A stretch of 64,000 nucleotides of DNA, from positions 395,569 through 459,568 of the forward strand of contig NW_003314342.1 in the NCBI RefSeq assembly GCF_000143415.4, given 5' to 3'. Every line of letters begins with the position of its first letter. Position 1 is the stretch's first letter. The DNA comes from Selaginella moellendorffii (taxonomy: Eukaryota > Plantae > Lycopodiophyta). Below, piece by piece: positions 10,637 to 24,292 of the stretch. The notes beneath the pieces are model-generated. The model saw only the letters and a program-made list of their open reading frames with translations, was not told the DNA's origin and did not search any database. The position numbers and the translations under genes are program-made.

Positions 10637-13600
10637 CTAGAAGATGGAGTCGTATTCTTCCGGAAAAGAGCTCCTCAGGATGGCGATCTGGCCGTCTTTC
10701 TCGAGGATCTCTTCTTCCAGCTGCTGGACCTTCCACCTCATGTCCCCGGAGCTCTGGAGCATGCTGAAAACATCGTCGCAACTCTTGGTTCCTCGTCCAG
10801 CTTTGGTGTCGAGCCCCTCGAGCAGTCTCAGATCGTCCTCGATTTCCTGCGCCTCCATCTTCGTCAGCTTGATCCGGAGATCGTGGACGACCACCCTCAA
10901 CTGGTGGATCTCGTCGTCTTTCTTGGCGGCCTCGAGCTCGGAGGTTCTGAGCTTTGCTCGTAGCTGCTCGGCTTCCTCAGCGTTCTTGTCCTGGATTTCA
11001 ATGGTGGACGAGAGCTGCGAGCTCAATCTTGAGAGCTCGTACTCGGTGTCTGCTAGCTTTGTACGCAGGGGATCGGATTCTAAGTTAAGATCGTCCTTCT
11101 CTTTAAGTTTCTCGGTGGCCTGCGTGACTGCTGCTGCCAGCCTCCCGTTTTCTTCTTGGAGAGCTTTGATTTGCGCAGAGTTTGACGCGACCTGTAAAAC
11201 GAAAACTCACTTTAGAGCTTGGATCATACAAAGGCACCTCTGCTTCTTTCCCTTGAGCAAAGACTAAAAGCTCGTCGTTGATCCCGACTAGCTCGTCTAT
11301 CCGTTGCTTTTGATCATTCGCGTCTCGCTTGAATTCGTGCACCCGCTTGACAAGCTCGTACTTTTCAAGCAGAGCTTCATCCGCTTCCTTCTGTATCCCA
11401 CACATTTTCTTTTTTACCTCTTGAACTTCCGAGTCTTTGCCGCTCACAGCGTCTTCCAGCACCGCTACTTTTGACTCGCTCTTTTTCAAGTCTTCTGCCA
11501 GAGTCGCCCCTTTGCATACGCTCTTTGTCAAGTCTTCTTTCAATTGCATTATCGTTTTCTCTAACAATTGTATCTGTCAGGCAAAAAAGAGGTGTGAGAA
11601 CAAGCTTATCGAAAAGCATGAAACTCACGTCGCCTTTGCTTTCTTCCACCTCGGCCTCCAGCGATGTCTTCAGATCAGTGCAGTGAAGTCGAAGTAGCGA
11701 AAGTGCCGTCTCGGTTTTGGACATTTCACTCGCTAGCTGCTGGTTTACTTCCTCGGCGTGGTGGAGAGCTTTTTCTTTTGCCTTGACTTCTTCAGAAAGC
11801 TCTGAAACCTTGAACTCGTTCCCTGCGTTGTGTCTGTTAGTCGCATCCTGTTTTTCCTGTGAAAAGTGAAAAAACAGAATAAGAAACCGGAAACACGCAG
11901 GAATAACTTCAGACCTCTTCAATGTCACAGTTTAAGTCATTGACATGATTTCCTATTTGCTTCAAAATCGTCACGTAGTGCTCTCGCAGATGTTTCACGT
12001 CATGCTGTTCTTTGTCACAGTCGCCAAAACTGAGATTTTCAAGCTTTTCTTTATGCTCTTGACAAACCACGCTAAGATTCTGCACAGCTGTTTCGAGGTC
12101 GCGCAGTTCACCTGATTTGAAACAGTGTAGAAAAACGAGATGGCTAAAAAAGAGCAGATGTCACCTTGTTCTCCTGCCACAAAGGATTTCTCCAAGTTAC
12201 GATGATCCGGTTTCTCGAGTGAATAATCCTTGTCTGCATCCTTATGGCTTGAACTTGTTCTATATCGGTCATGATCGCTGTAATGTCTTTGTTCTTCATA
12301 AACAGGAGATAAATAAACGTTGGAATAACCATTGGGAGCACAGGACGAATTGTTTCTTTTCGATTTTTGTTCTGGTTGATCGTCGCAACTAGCTGGCCTC
12401 TCGTAGCCACAAGATTGGAAGGCCAAGTCATTTTTTGTTTCCGGAGTCGGCTTTCTAACCTCCGGTTTATTGACGAGTCCCGTTTTGTTTCCGCTCTGTT
12501 CTGTTGAGCAACCGTTGTCGAGAACAGACTCAATTGCTTTGGTAACTTTTACGAACATCTCCTCTTTCAACTTCTTGTCCAGAAGCTTGCTGAAATTTCG
12601 TAAGAGATCATTGAGATCGTTTTCAGCATCATTAGAACGGCCTTCCATGACCGTCTTACTTTCAAGACTCTCAGAGCCTTTTGATACATTTTCGAAGGCC
12701 TGAAATCCACACACTTTGTTAGAAAATAGCAGAGAGCTTTCACTTGTACCTTGCCGGAGCTTTTTCGGGAATCACAGCTCCTAGGAGTATCGTCGCCTGA
12801 GGGCGTCTGTAAAATAACATAGATTAAATTTTGACTTTCTTGTCATACTTAGTACCTCAGGTCGATCATGAACATGATTCTTCTCTTCTTTCGTTGTTGA
12901 ACGCGGTGTTTCATGTTTTTCTTCCTGCATTTCCTCGGAAAGTGCTCTGTACTTTTTTTGAACACTTAGCAGCTGATTCCGGTACGCGTCCCCTTTCATC
13001 TTTTCATGTGCCAGCAACTGTTGAAGTCTCAAAGTTTCCTTTTTTGTTTCCTCTTCATTAAGATTAACGCTATGAACCCGCGGTTGTGCCTCTAAAGCCT
13101 AAGAATGGACAACAAAACTCAGAACTAGCGTAAAATGACAACAGGAAAACTTTAGAAACCTGAGGGAGGTGTTCAAGCCTTGCGTTGTCCTCGACAAAGA
13201 GATTGTTCTCCCGAACATTCATCCGACTGATTGCTAGTTCTGCTCTTGGAATCGACCGTCTCATCACGAACTGACCAGCACCAAGTTGCTCGTGGTTTAT
13301 TCTGCAAGTCTGTCCAACTCAAAGATTAAATCAGAATCAACAATAAAGTAAACCTAGAAAACATACCGGTGAAGGGCTGTTTCTAAAGTTGTGCTCCGGA
13401 ATGCTGGGTTCGTCATAGTCTGAGCGCGAGCAGGTGTCTACTCTGGATTCACAGCTCCAATCCGGACGTGAACCTATCGTCGGATTCTGCTGTTCGCTAG
13501 AGTGTTTCTTCCGCTTGACACTCGTCGCTACTCGCTCGGTCTTGGACGACGACATGTAGTAGTGACTTCCATAGTCGGTCTCTGTGCCAGAATTTACGTC

Positions 13601-14077
13601 CCACTCCTGTAGTAGAACCGGGTTCCCTCTGCTAGGCGGCACGTACCCCAAGGTGCCGGTGTTATAGTTCGTATCCGCGTAAGCAAGAGATTCCATATCC
13701 CTTCTTAAGATCATCTCCTGATGGCAGCTATTCTCCTCTACAAAGAACTCTGCCTTTGGAGCATCCAGAAGTGCCTCACTTTTTTTCGAGCTCTTGTCTA
13801 TGTCTGCTAAGTTTCTGGAGCCTGGCTTGTCCATGTAGTGGTGGTGGTGGTGATGTAAATGGAGCTCCAGTGGTCTGGAGTACTGAGCTTCAAGATTCTA
13901 ATCACAAAAAGAAAGTGATTGAGAATGACACAAAAGAAAGAATAAAGCTTACCTTTTGCCAAACATGCTGGTTGTATTTTATCTCGTGTGGATCGAATCC
14001 GAGGTACAAACAAGCCGCGACTTGAGCTTGTTGTGCCAGATCGAGCGTTTGCTTTCTGGAAGCGCAGCGTTCTCATG
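10637..14077 (-). CDS. Uncharacterised long coiled-coil protein, many exons
   Basis: Chain of E/K/L-rich heptad ORFs on the minus strand separated by short GT-AG introns. Start codon uncertain. Confidence 0.65.
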
Positions 14078-14375
14078 AGCGATCTAAGCAAAATTTCGAT
14101 TCTAGAAAATCAAAAGATACCTCATTTCGGGACGAGCCCGCTCCGTGACGCGATCATCACTGCGCAATGGCGCCAGGGAATTCTCGATGTGCTCGCGTAT
14201 CGCGAGCGCAGCATACCTGGCGCATTGTCGGAGACGATCGATCGCTGCGAAAAGGGAGCCAGGATTCTTGGCTCTTTTGCCCTAAAGATCCGACGATGCA
14301 TTCGCGCTCTCACATCGTAGCTGCTCGTTGCTGTGACCGTTAGTGCCGATCCGACGGCTCTGGGTTTTAGGGTTT

Positions 14376-16333
<1,958 letters not shown>

Positions 16334-16514
16334 TTTCTAAATTTGAAGAGAGCAATGACAAGAAGAAACTCGAGATCATCACATGCCTGTGGAGAGACCA
16401 TTGTGAAACTTTGCTATGTAGCTTCTTCACTTGCGAGAGATTTTGGAGAACGGGTAATAACGTCGAGCCAAGCACTTCCGTACCTGCTGTGTTTAGTGTC
16501 GGATTTATAGAAAA

Positions 16515-16516
<2 letters not shown>

Positions 16517-16544
<28 letters not shown>
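16517..16544. repeat. (TA)n microsatellite at the left edge of the AT-rich block
   Basis: Direct reading. Confidence 0.95.
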
Positions 16545-16548
<4 letters not shown>

Positions 16549-16794
16549 CATCAAAAGGTAAATACACTAATTATAATAGTGCAGCATATGAATTGGGATC
16601 TTCATATATATGAATTGTGCAATTGAGATTGAATCTGGTTTATCTATTCTTGTATATAATTTGTCTCAATCAATATATTTATTCTCATATCTTGAGCACT
16701 CATAAAACATAAAAGAAAATATATTTTAAAATTCTAAGTTGTTTAATGTTTTAAAATAAAATATATTAAATATATTTTTAAAATCTATATTAAG

Positions 16795-17237
16795 TTATAA
16801 AGAAAAGAATTCAACATGATATGTATTATTTCTAATATAATTTCCCATAAATGCCCAATTTTGCCATCCATACCAACCACTTGTTTCAAATATACCACTA
16901 CCCTTAAATGTTACACCAACAAAAAAAATATCATGTAAGAAAAGTTCAAACTCATTATAAAGTTTATTTTTATCAAAACTTCTGATTTTGAAATTGTTAT
17001 ATGCCTGTGATAATACGATATTCCCATATGTATTATACTTTGTTAATGCTTGAATCATATCAGACTTCCAGTCATAATCATCTAAACTCTGATTTTTATT
17101 ATTACTTATTATCTTTTTAGGAAGATCATATTTTTAAAAAAATTCTTATCTGAGAGATAAATAGATGATAAAGATCTTTGGTAGGTAAAATTAATTCTTA
17201 AAAAGATACATAATATAAAAATAACTAATAACTTCAT
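16795..17237 (-). pseudogene. Copy A of a small secreted-protein gene, frameshifted
   Basis: ATG at 17237 gives MKLLVIFILCIFL. A 1-nt loss in the A/T run near 17131-17142 shifts the frame; the C-terminal part (ORF 16795-17058) is open. Confidence 0.75.
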
Positions 17238-17849
17238 TCTTAATCTGTTTCAAGTGTATCACTCTAGATGTTTAATCATAAACACTATCACTCTCTAATG
17301 CTCATCCTATTTATCCTATGCAAGGATGCATTGATAAGCTAGAGAGAGTTAGCAATAATTCAACCTAAATATTGAAAAATGTCAAAGTTGTCATTTTCTT
17401 GTTTCGCCAAATTAAAATAGAAAATAATATGTAAGTATTATTGTTTGCCAATTCCAAAGATGAATTATAATGATCCTATAACAACGAAATGCTTGTTTTT
17501 TATAGTAAACCTTAATTTAATGCCTCCTAAGTTTATAGATTTTAAACTTAAACTATGTAAATCTTGTTATTGTCCTGTTCCTCCAAATTAAAACAGAAAA
17601 TAATATGTAAGTATTATTGTCTGCTAAACCCAAAGGTGAATTATAATGATCATTAGCACGCCCAGCAAATGCTGGGCTGTGCAAAAACTTCTGTCATGAT
17701 GCAAATGGTGTGTATATAAATGGTGTATGCATTATCAGATTTAATTTTTTGACAGTAAACTATACTAACACTTAATAAAATTATTAATCAAACCCATATT
17801 ATCTGAGAGAGAGCACGGGCAAATTATTTCCGGACAGAGAAGAAAGAAC

Positions 17850-18780
17850 CTGGCTTGGACAGCATTTGGGCATGGCACTACCCTATGTCATTTCTTTGGG
17901 TCCATAGCTCACTCCAGACACTAACTATTGTAGTGGAAAGAGGCTTTCAAGCTATAGAACAGAAGTTTTTTGGGACAGAGTTTAACAATGATAGTGTACA
18001 TTCTTTAAACACTTGAAATAAAAAAAGCTCGACACTCATAGAAGACTTTAGAGTCCAAATGTGAAATCTTGTTTGCAATTTTCTTTCCCAGCTTCAAGGC
18101 CTGATGTCTAGCCTTTATTTCAAAGAGCAGAACCTCAGTGGCGGTGGTGATAACCAAGTTCCGCCAGCCACCGTCACTGCCAAGGTGAGAAGAAGAAGAC
18201 ACAGCTCCATCTCCAGCAGTGAATGACGTGGGAAACCGAGCAGTGCCTGGTGTGAGCATGATAATCCAGCTCCCCATTCCAAAGATTCCCATGTAGCGCG
18301 AGACGCACCACCACCACATATCAATCATACCCTGGACAGACAAACATGAGAAGAAAAGCATTACAGCTGCGACAGCCCAGCTGTAGGAAAAGAGAATCTC
18401 CCAAAGTTGAAAATTTTTTCTTCTCCCACTCAGGAGGTAGAAAACTTTGTGACTGTTTGATATGGAATTGCTCTTGTTTTGTATGGAGATGATAAGATTA
18501 CTGGATCACAGCATTCAGCTCAGCCAGAGAACAAGACGTTGGACCCAAACTGGACGAGCTCTTTCATCACATCAAGAATAGGGAGATCTTACCTCACATA
18601 GCATTTCGTGCACTCCATCAATGCTCCCAAGCCCACAAGATCTCTGACTACCCACATTCCCGCTCAATCTCACCAATCATATAAATATAGTCCCATGCTC
18701 AAGTTGAACAAAGCCCTTAGACACTTCTCATATCAGCTTGATTTTTCCTGCAACCATGTTTACTGAGGTTAGCTCAAGCC
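17850..18780 (-). pseudogene. Degenerate exon-like fragments of an unidentified, possibly membrane-protein gene
   Basis: Higher-GC island between two AT-rich repeats, with splice-like sites and hydrophobic peptides (WEILFSYSWAVAA, MWWWCVSRYMGIFGMGSWII). Confidence 0.3.
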
Positions 18781-19159
18781 TTGGATCCAATGCCCAACGA
18801 CTTTATTGGTTTATATTAAATTTTAACTTAATAACTCTTAAGTTCTGAATGTCAAAGTACTATCCAATTTGGATAGGATCCATACTTCTATATCAGTAGA
18901 GCTTATTAATGTACCTATTCTTATATCCCAACAAGAACTTCTGATTTTCTTTATAGACTATTATCATTTAAAATTTTGTAACTTCTTAATCAAATTAAGT
19001 TAATAATCAGGAAAAACTATCAGCAGCTCAAAAGGCAAATGCAAGTAAAATATCTTCCATAAAGTTTAAGAAATAATACTACTCAATTTTAGAAAATATG
19101 TTTTAGTGTCTATAGTGCTTTAAATGGTAACTTTTTTTTTCTTAACATTTTATGTAAAG

Positions 19160-19603
19160 TTATATAGGAAAGAATTCAACATGGTATGTATTATTTCTAA
19201 TATAATTTCCATTAAATGCTCAATTTTGCCATCCATATCAACAATTTGTTTCAAATATTCCATAACCTTTAAATGTTACACCAAGAAAAAAGAATTCATG
19301 CAAGAAAAGTCCAAATTCATTATAAAGATTATTTTAATCAAAACTTCTGATTTTGAAATCTTTATATGCATATGCTAAGAGGATATTCCCATATGTATTA
19401 TACTTTGTTAATGCTTGAATCATATCAGACTTCCATTCATAATCATCTAAACTATGACTTTTATTATTACCTATGGTCTTGTTATGAGGATAATATTTAA
19501 AAATCAAATTCTTATCTGAGAGATAAATAGATGATAAAGATCTTTCATAGGTAGAATCAATCTTTAAGAAGACACATAATATAAAAATAACTAATAACTT
19601 CAT
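19160..19603 (-). pseudogene. Copy B of the small secreted-protein gene, with premature stops
   Basis: 444 nt collinear with copy A. N-terminus intact; TAA at 19334 and two TGG>TGA changes further downstream. Confidence 0.75.
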
Positions 19604-20140
19604 CCTTAATCCATGCTTAAGTGTATGTAACTCTAGATGTATAATAATTACAAAGACAATAACTCTCCAATGCTCATCCTATTTATCTGAGTTTTGAATG
19701 CAAGAATGCATTGACAGAAATATAACTAGAGAGAGTTAGCAATAATTCAACTTAAATTATAAAGCTTAAATGATGTCAAATTTGTCATTGTCTTGTTCCT
19801 CTGAAATTAAATAGAAAATAATATATAAGTATTACTATCTGCCAAATCCAAAGGTGAATTATAATGATCATTTTGCACTTTTGATTTTTGTATATATTAA
19901 ACCTTAACTTAATGCCTCTTAAATTTATAGATATTTTAAACTTAAATGATGTAAAAGTTATCATTAAAAAGTTAAATAATATGTAAGTATTATTATCTGC
20001 CAAAGATGAATTATAATGATCATTTTGTGCCTTTGATGACAAGGTGCTAATGCTAATGCCTGTAAAGTTCTAAATGTCCACCAGCCAGACTTACTATATC
20101 TAATTAAGGCTTTTCATTTTTTAAGAGGGAAGATTATAAA

Positions 20141-20151
20141 TGTGTGTGTGT

Positions 20152-20207
<56 letters not shown>
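20141..20207. repeat. Compound (TG)n(TC)n(TA)n microsatellite
   Basis: Direct reading. Confidence 0.95.
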
Positions 20208-20526
20208 TCCAGAACTTATTAAGTATTTCTAAATGGAAAATAATTTTTTCCATGACAAATGTGGATGTTATTATTTACAGATGGTTAGACTGATTTTAAA
20301 AGTTCTTAATCCTATGAAGTTCATAACCAAGCAAAACTATCAATTTGTATTGCAATTCAAAAGGTAAATACAGTGAATGTTTCATAAAATTCGAGAAAGA
20401 ATATTACTAAATTTTAGAAAACTTAAATGAAAAATAAAGAAAACATGTTTAAGATGGTGAAATAAATTTTAATTTTAATTAAAAAATTGTATAAAACTGC
20501 ACAGCGGCTGCGTCGAAAGCAAATAC

Positions 20527-21974
20527 CTAGCTATCTCTGTACACCTCTGGCTTGTGGCCTTGCCAAAACCAGTTTGCTCTATACTTACAGTTACGGGACT
20601 TGGCCTCCGTGTTAAGTATGAGATTGACGAGTATGGGCTCTTGCGTCGGATTGACTATGTTGATCCACATCTTTTCCTTGACTCCTATTTGCACCATTTC
20701 GAATGACAGCGCCTGTCCAGGAATTAATGTTGGCTCGTTTTGATTTGCAGCCAAACCCGGCTTTTCGGATATCTCGCTGTCTCAACAACGTACGTACAAA
20801 GTTGGCCGCTGGCTTATTTGAGTTTTAAGCTGCTAGCTTCAGAGTTACCTTGAGGAGTGCTTCCACCATTCTAAGTGCCATCAAATCGTTGGTTTGTACC
20901 CAACTTCCTGCTTCATTGTCCTGCTTTGCAGCCTTGGTCACTTATGCTGCAGCTACTGACGATTCTTTTTCGCAAGTCCCTGACAGTTCCACGTTAGGAT
21001 TGAGAGCGTAGTCATGGAGCAACGTATTTCCAGGAGAATACCGTGTTATCCACGGATCGTCCAGCCTCTCCGGTGAAACTAGCATTCCGTGCGAAGCATA
21101 CTTTTCGTCCTTGTTTTCGAGAGAATTGCCGAGGGGAAACCATTTGCGAAGCAGCTGGAGACTTTATCCGTTGGTGACGACTCATCAGTTGCCGACGAGC
21201 AGAGGGCTTTCTTGTGAGAATCTCCAGGCCAGACATGCAGTTCCGTAATTTCGATGGCCTCTTCGTCCGGGTTGTAGAAACTTAATGTTCTCTGGATGAG
21301 CTTGCCTTGGACTGCTTCAGTATCTTCCAAGCTCGTAGCCTGATGAGAATTTCCGACAGCTTCGCCAATCACCAGCGTTTCGAGGCCTCCAGCACTGGTC
21401 TGGAAGAGGATCTTCCCGCTGGCTATTCCAGTCTTCCGGGGCAAGAACACAACTGCCACTGTCAGATTCTCGCCGGGAGCTACGACGCTTTTCTCGTCAA
21501 GAGCTTGGATAAAAAACTGCTTGTCTGTGCTGGTAGCCTGAAGAATTTTGATCCAGGAGCTGTTGTCAGTGTTCAGTATCGTCAGAAACTTTATCGACGG
21601 AGAGAAGAGGGCCTGCTGATTAAACTCCAGACTTCTGGGAACGACTGCGGCGTTGTCATTCCGCTGCTCCTCCAGAGCTAAAACTTGACACTCTTGCTGC
21701 GTCGGTGAGGCATACTGAAGAAATGATGCCAGCTCTGGAGGTTCCTGCTGCTGCTCTACTGAAGTGGTGCTACTGCTCTCTCCTGAGAATTGTCTGCACA
21801 CGTGATGGCAGCATCCAATTGTGATGCACACTTGCATCTGGACCTGTTTATTACGGTTGCAGAAGAGAAAGAAGTCCCTGCTCCTCTGTCGAAGATCTTG
21901 TGCTCTGCCTGCAGGGGAACCGGGCTCTGCACAAGAAGTAGCAGCAGCAGCAAAAACAGGTGTACAGTAGACAT
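20527..21974 (-). pseudogene. TMEM131-like gene, internally deleted and 3'-truncated
   Basis: Signal peptide MSTVHLFLLLLLLL; TMEM131-like Ig domain (PRSLEF..LTILNT..VAPGENLTVAVVFLPRKTG..LFQTSAGG). It then jumps to a much later segment (LSFEMVQIG..WINIVNPTQEP), with stops in between and no C-terminal half. Confidence 0.65.
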
Positions 21975-22903
21975 TCTTTTCGGGAAATCTGGCTTCTCAA
22001 CCTGAAACAAAAAGATTTGTAGATTCAGGACGAGCAGCACGACACGCAGACGCGGATTAAGAGAAAGACGGTGGTTGGTACTGCAAACTAAACTCTGAGA
22101 AAAATTCACGGGCAGGTGCAATGCATCTAATGTGATGACTCGTACTGGAGGGGATCTTATACAAAAGAATTGATCAGGCAGGCCAAGAAAAAAATCAACA
22201 AAAATGCCGCTCGAGGTACATGCAAACTCAGTTGACATTGTTAGAGTATGAGGAAAACTAGAGACTAGAACATGCTGCTGCCATCATACCTTACTGGTGG
22301 CTTACAACACGTACATCCAGCGCTCCAATTCTATAAGAACCACGATTAGAGAGGTACTGGAAAACGAAGAAAAAAAACTCAACTAAACCGGAGGAGGCGG
22401 CCGGCGAGGACCTGTTAGCTGTAACAATCCCAAAACGAAGCTGCTCAAACTGACAAGCCTGTCGGTAATGAAATACGGTTTGAAGTTTATTCCCTGTCAT
22501 CCTGATGAAAGCCGAGCATCATCCACCACTAGTCATCGATTGGATCAGCAACTCGTTTTTCCTTCCGAGTAGAGAGCGAAGGGACCAGCTGCTTTTAGGA
22601 GTCTTAGGACTGACGTGAGAACAGGAGACTTGCAACCTGCGATGCAAAGATTTCAAAAGAACAATTAGAAACGCCTCCACGCATTTCAACCTCGATTTGG
22701 CTTTTGCTACGGAACATACAAAAGTGTTTTTCAACCTGTAAAACAAAAGCACAAAGTAAAACCGGCTTCAAAGAACTCTAGCGTTTCAACCTCGATAGGA
22801 TGTTGCTCTCACTTACGGCACTTGCTAAAAGTTAAGAAGAAGATGTCACCTTTGTTGAAAGGTAGGAGAGGTTACTTGGCCTTCTTTCACATTATTCGAT
22901 CAG

Positions 22904-24200
22904 TCAAAATAGTTGCTGGGAAACGCGAATGGCCACCACTGGCCCGCCGACCCCAGCATGCATGGCATAGAACTTGACTTGCAAACCTGCACAAGTGTAG
23001 TTTTAATTCTCTACAACATCATAAAAGTCTTTTGCTATACGCACCGCCATTCTTTAGAAGATTGGTACATCCAGCCGCACCGAAGGGAGAGACGCGGCTG
23101 GTCGGTTGATAGTTCCCGTTCTCCGCGGTCCATGATTTGAAATTGAGAATGCCTGTGGCCCGCAGTAAACATCTGACAAAGAAAAAAAGAAAAGAAAGGA
23201 TACCTGAATTGGCAGTGTCTTTGTCGATCAAGCGCTTGTAATCGAACACTGCTCCAGCTGCGACGTCACAGTTTTCACGGATGTTCCTGACTCCGATTTC
23301 TTTAAAGGACCATGTTCTGTTCTGGTACTCTTCGTGCAGGAACAACTCCCAGTTGCGAAAGTCCAGTGTCTGCATTGTCCCTGCAAACAAGGCTTAGCTC
23401 ATCTACGAAGATAATGAAAATGTAAGTATTCTCCCAAACCAGGGCATGCAGGCAAGTTACAAACGGGGCAGCACATCATATGAAGATCTAGAGGGAAAAA
23501 AAAAAAAAAAACGGCAAAATGAAAGCGTCGTAAGAATAGATGAAGGGAACCTTGAACTGAAGCAAACCTGCGATCCAGATGCCAGGGAGCACGTTTGGCA
23601 CAAGGCACAATGCCGAGCTCTCATCGAGTTTTATCCTCTTTGACTTTGAGATTCGTTGCCAGAGCCTGCCAGCAGCGAGCGCCTTGCCGGAAACGAGCGT
23701 AAAAGCACCTATTCGCATCCAATCTAGAACAGGAAAACGTAACCATGGAATGAAAGACTGTATACGTAACGAGTACCTCGATGTTTCTCGCGTTCATGGA
23801 TGCTGTAGCTATGGCTTCCAGTGACTGCAAGAGACCGATCGCGTTAACATGGACAAGAATCTGTGAGACAACGAGTACATACCAAATGACGATCGATAGA
23901 GCTCTCTCCAGCTGAAATGCGGCCGAAATTTCGACGCCTCGCTGCCGATGCCGATCTCGAGCCGCTTGAGCGACAGCGCTTTCCACAGTCGCTCATCCAT
24001 GGCTATCGGCACGAAGAACCGCGCCGTGAGGGCGAGGCGCGCTAGATCGGCCGCATCGAGGAAGGTCGCGATGCACTCCCAGATGTCCGCATTGTAGCTG
24101 GAACAATCCAAGAACGATCGATTTCCAGAAATCGAGAGAGATTCACTCACAGTTTCTCCTGGAACGCGAGCTCGGCGCGGCGCTTCCTCGTCAACACCAT
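22904..24200 (-). CDS. F-box protein, RMF (At3g61730)/ZYGO1-like, multi-exon
   Basis: F-box DIWECIATFLDAADLARLA, FSWRELY, WMRIGAF, TLDFRNWELFL, and C-terminal LQVKFYAMHAG..VAIRVSQQLF. Confidence 0.8.
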
Positions 24201-24292
24201 CGCTGCTACGACGATAGGTTTACATAAGAGAGTTTAAACTTGGCCACGGGCGGGACAGGAAGTAATCCGAGCCGTTCGTCGGGCCGGCTGCA

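Larger units (their letters stand above)
16795..20021. repeat. Diverged direct duplication, ~16795-17650 vs ~19160-20021, each with two copies of a ~50-bp sub-repeat
   Basis: Shared blocks such as tgagagataaatagatgataaagatcttt and gagagagttagcaataattcaac. The motif aatatgtaagtattatt..gaattataatgatc occurs near 17427, 17601, 19820 and 19978. Confidence 0.85.

Noticed and set aside
17427-20021. Four ~50-bp repeats as a CRISPR-like array
   Set aside because: They are degenerate and irregularly spaced, a nested duplication explains them, the context is eukaryotic and there are no cas genes.
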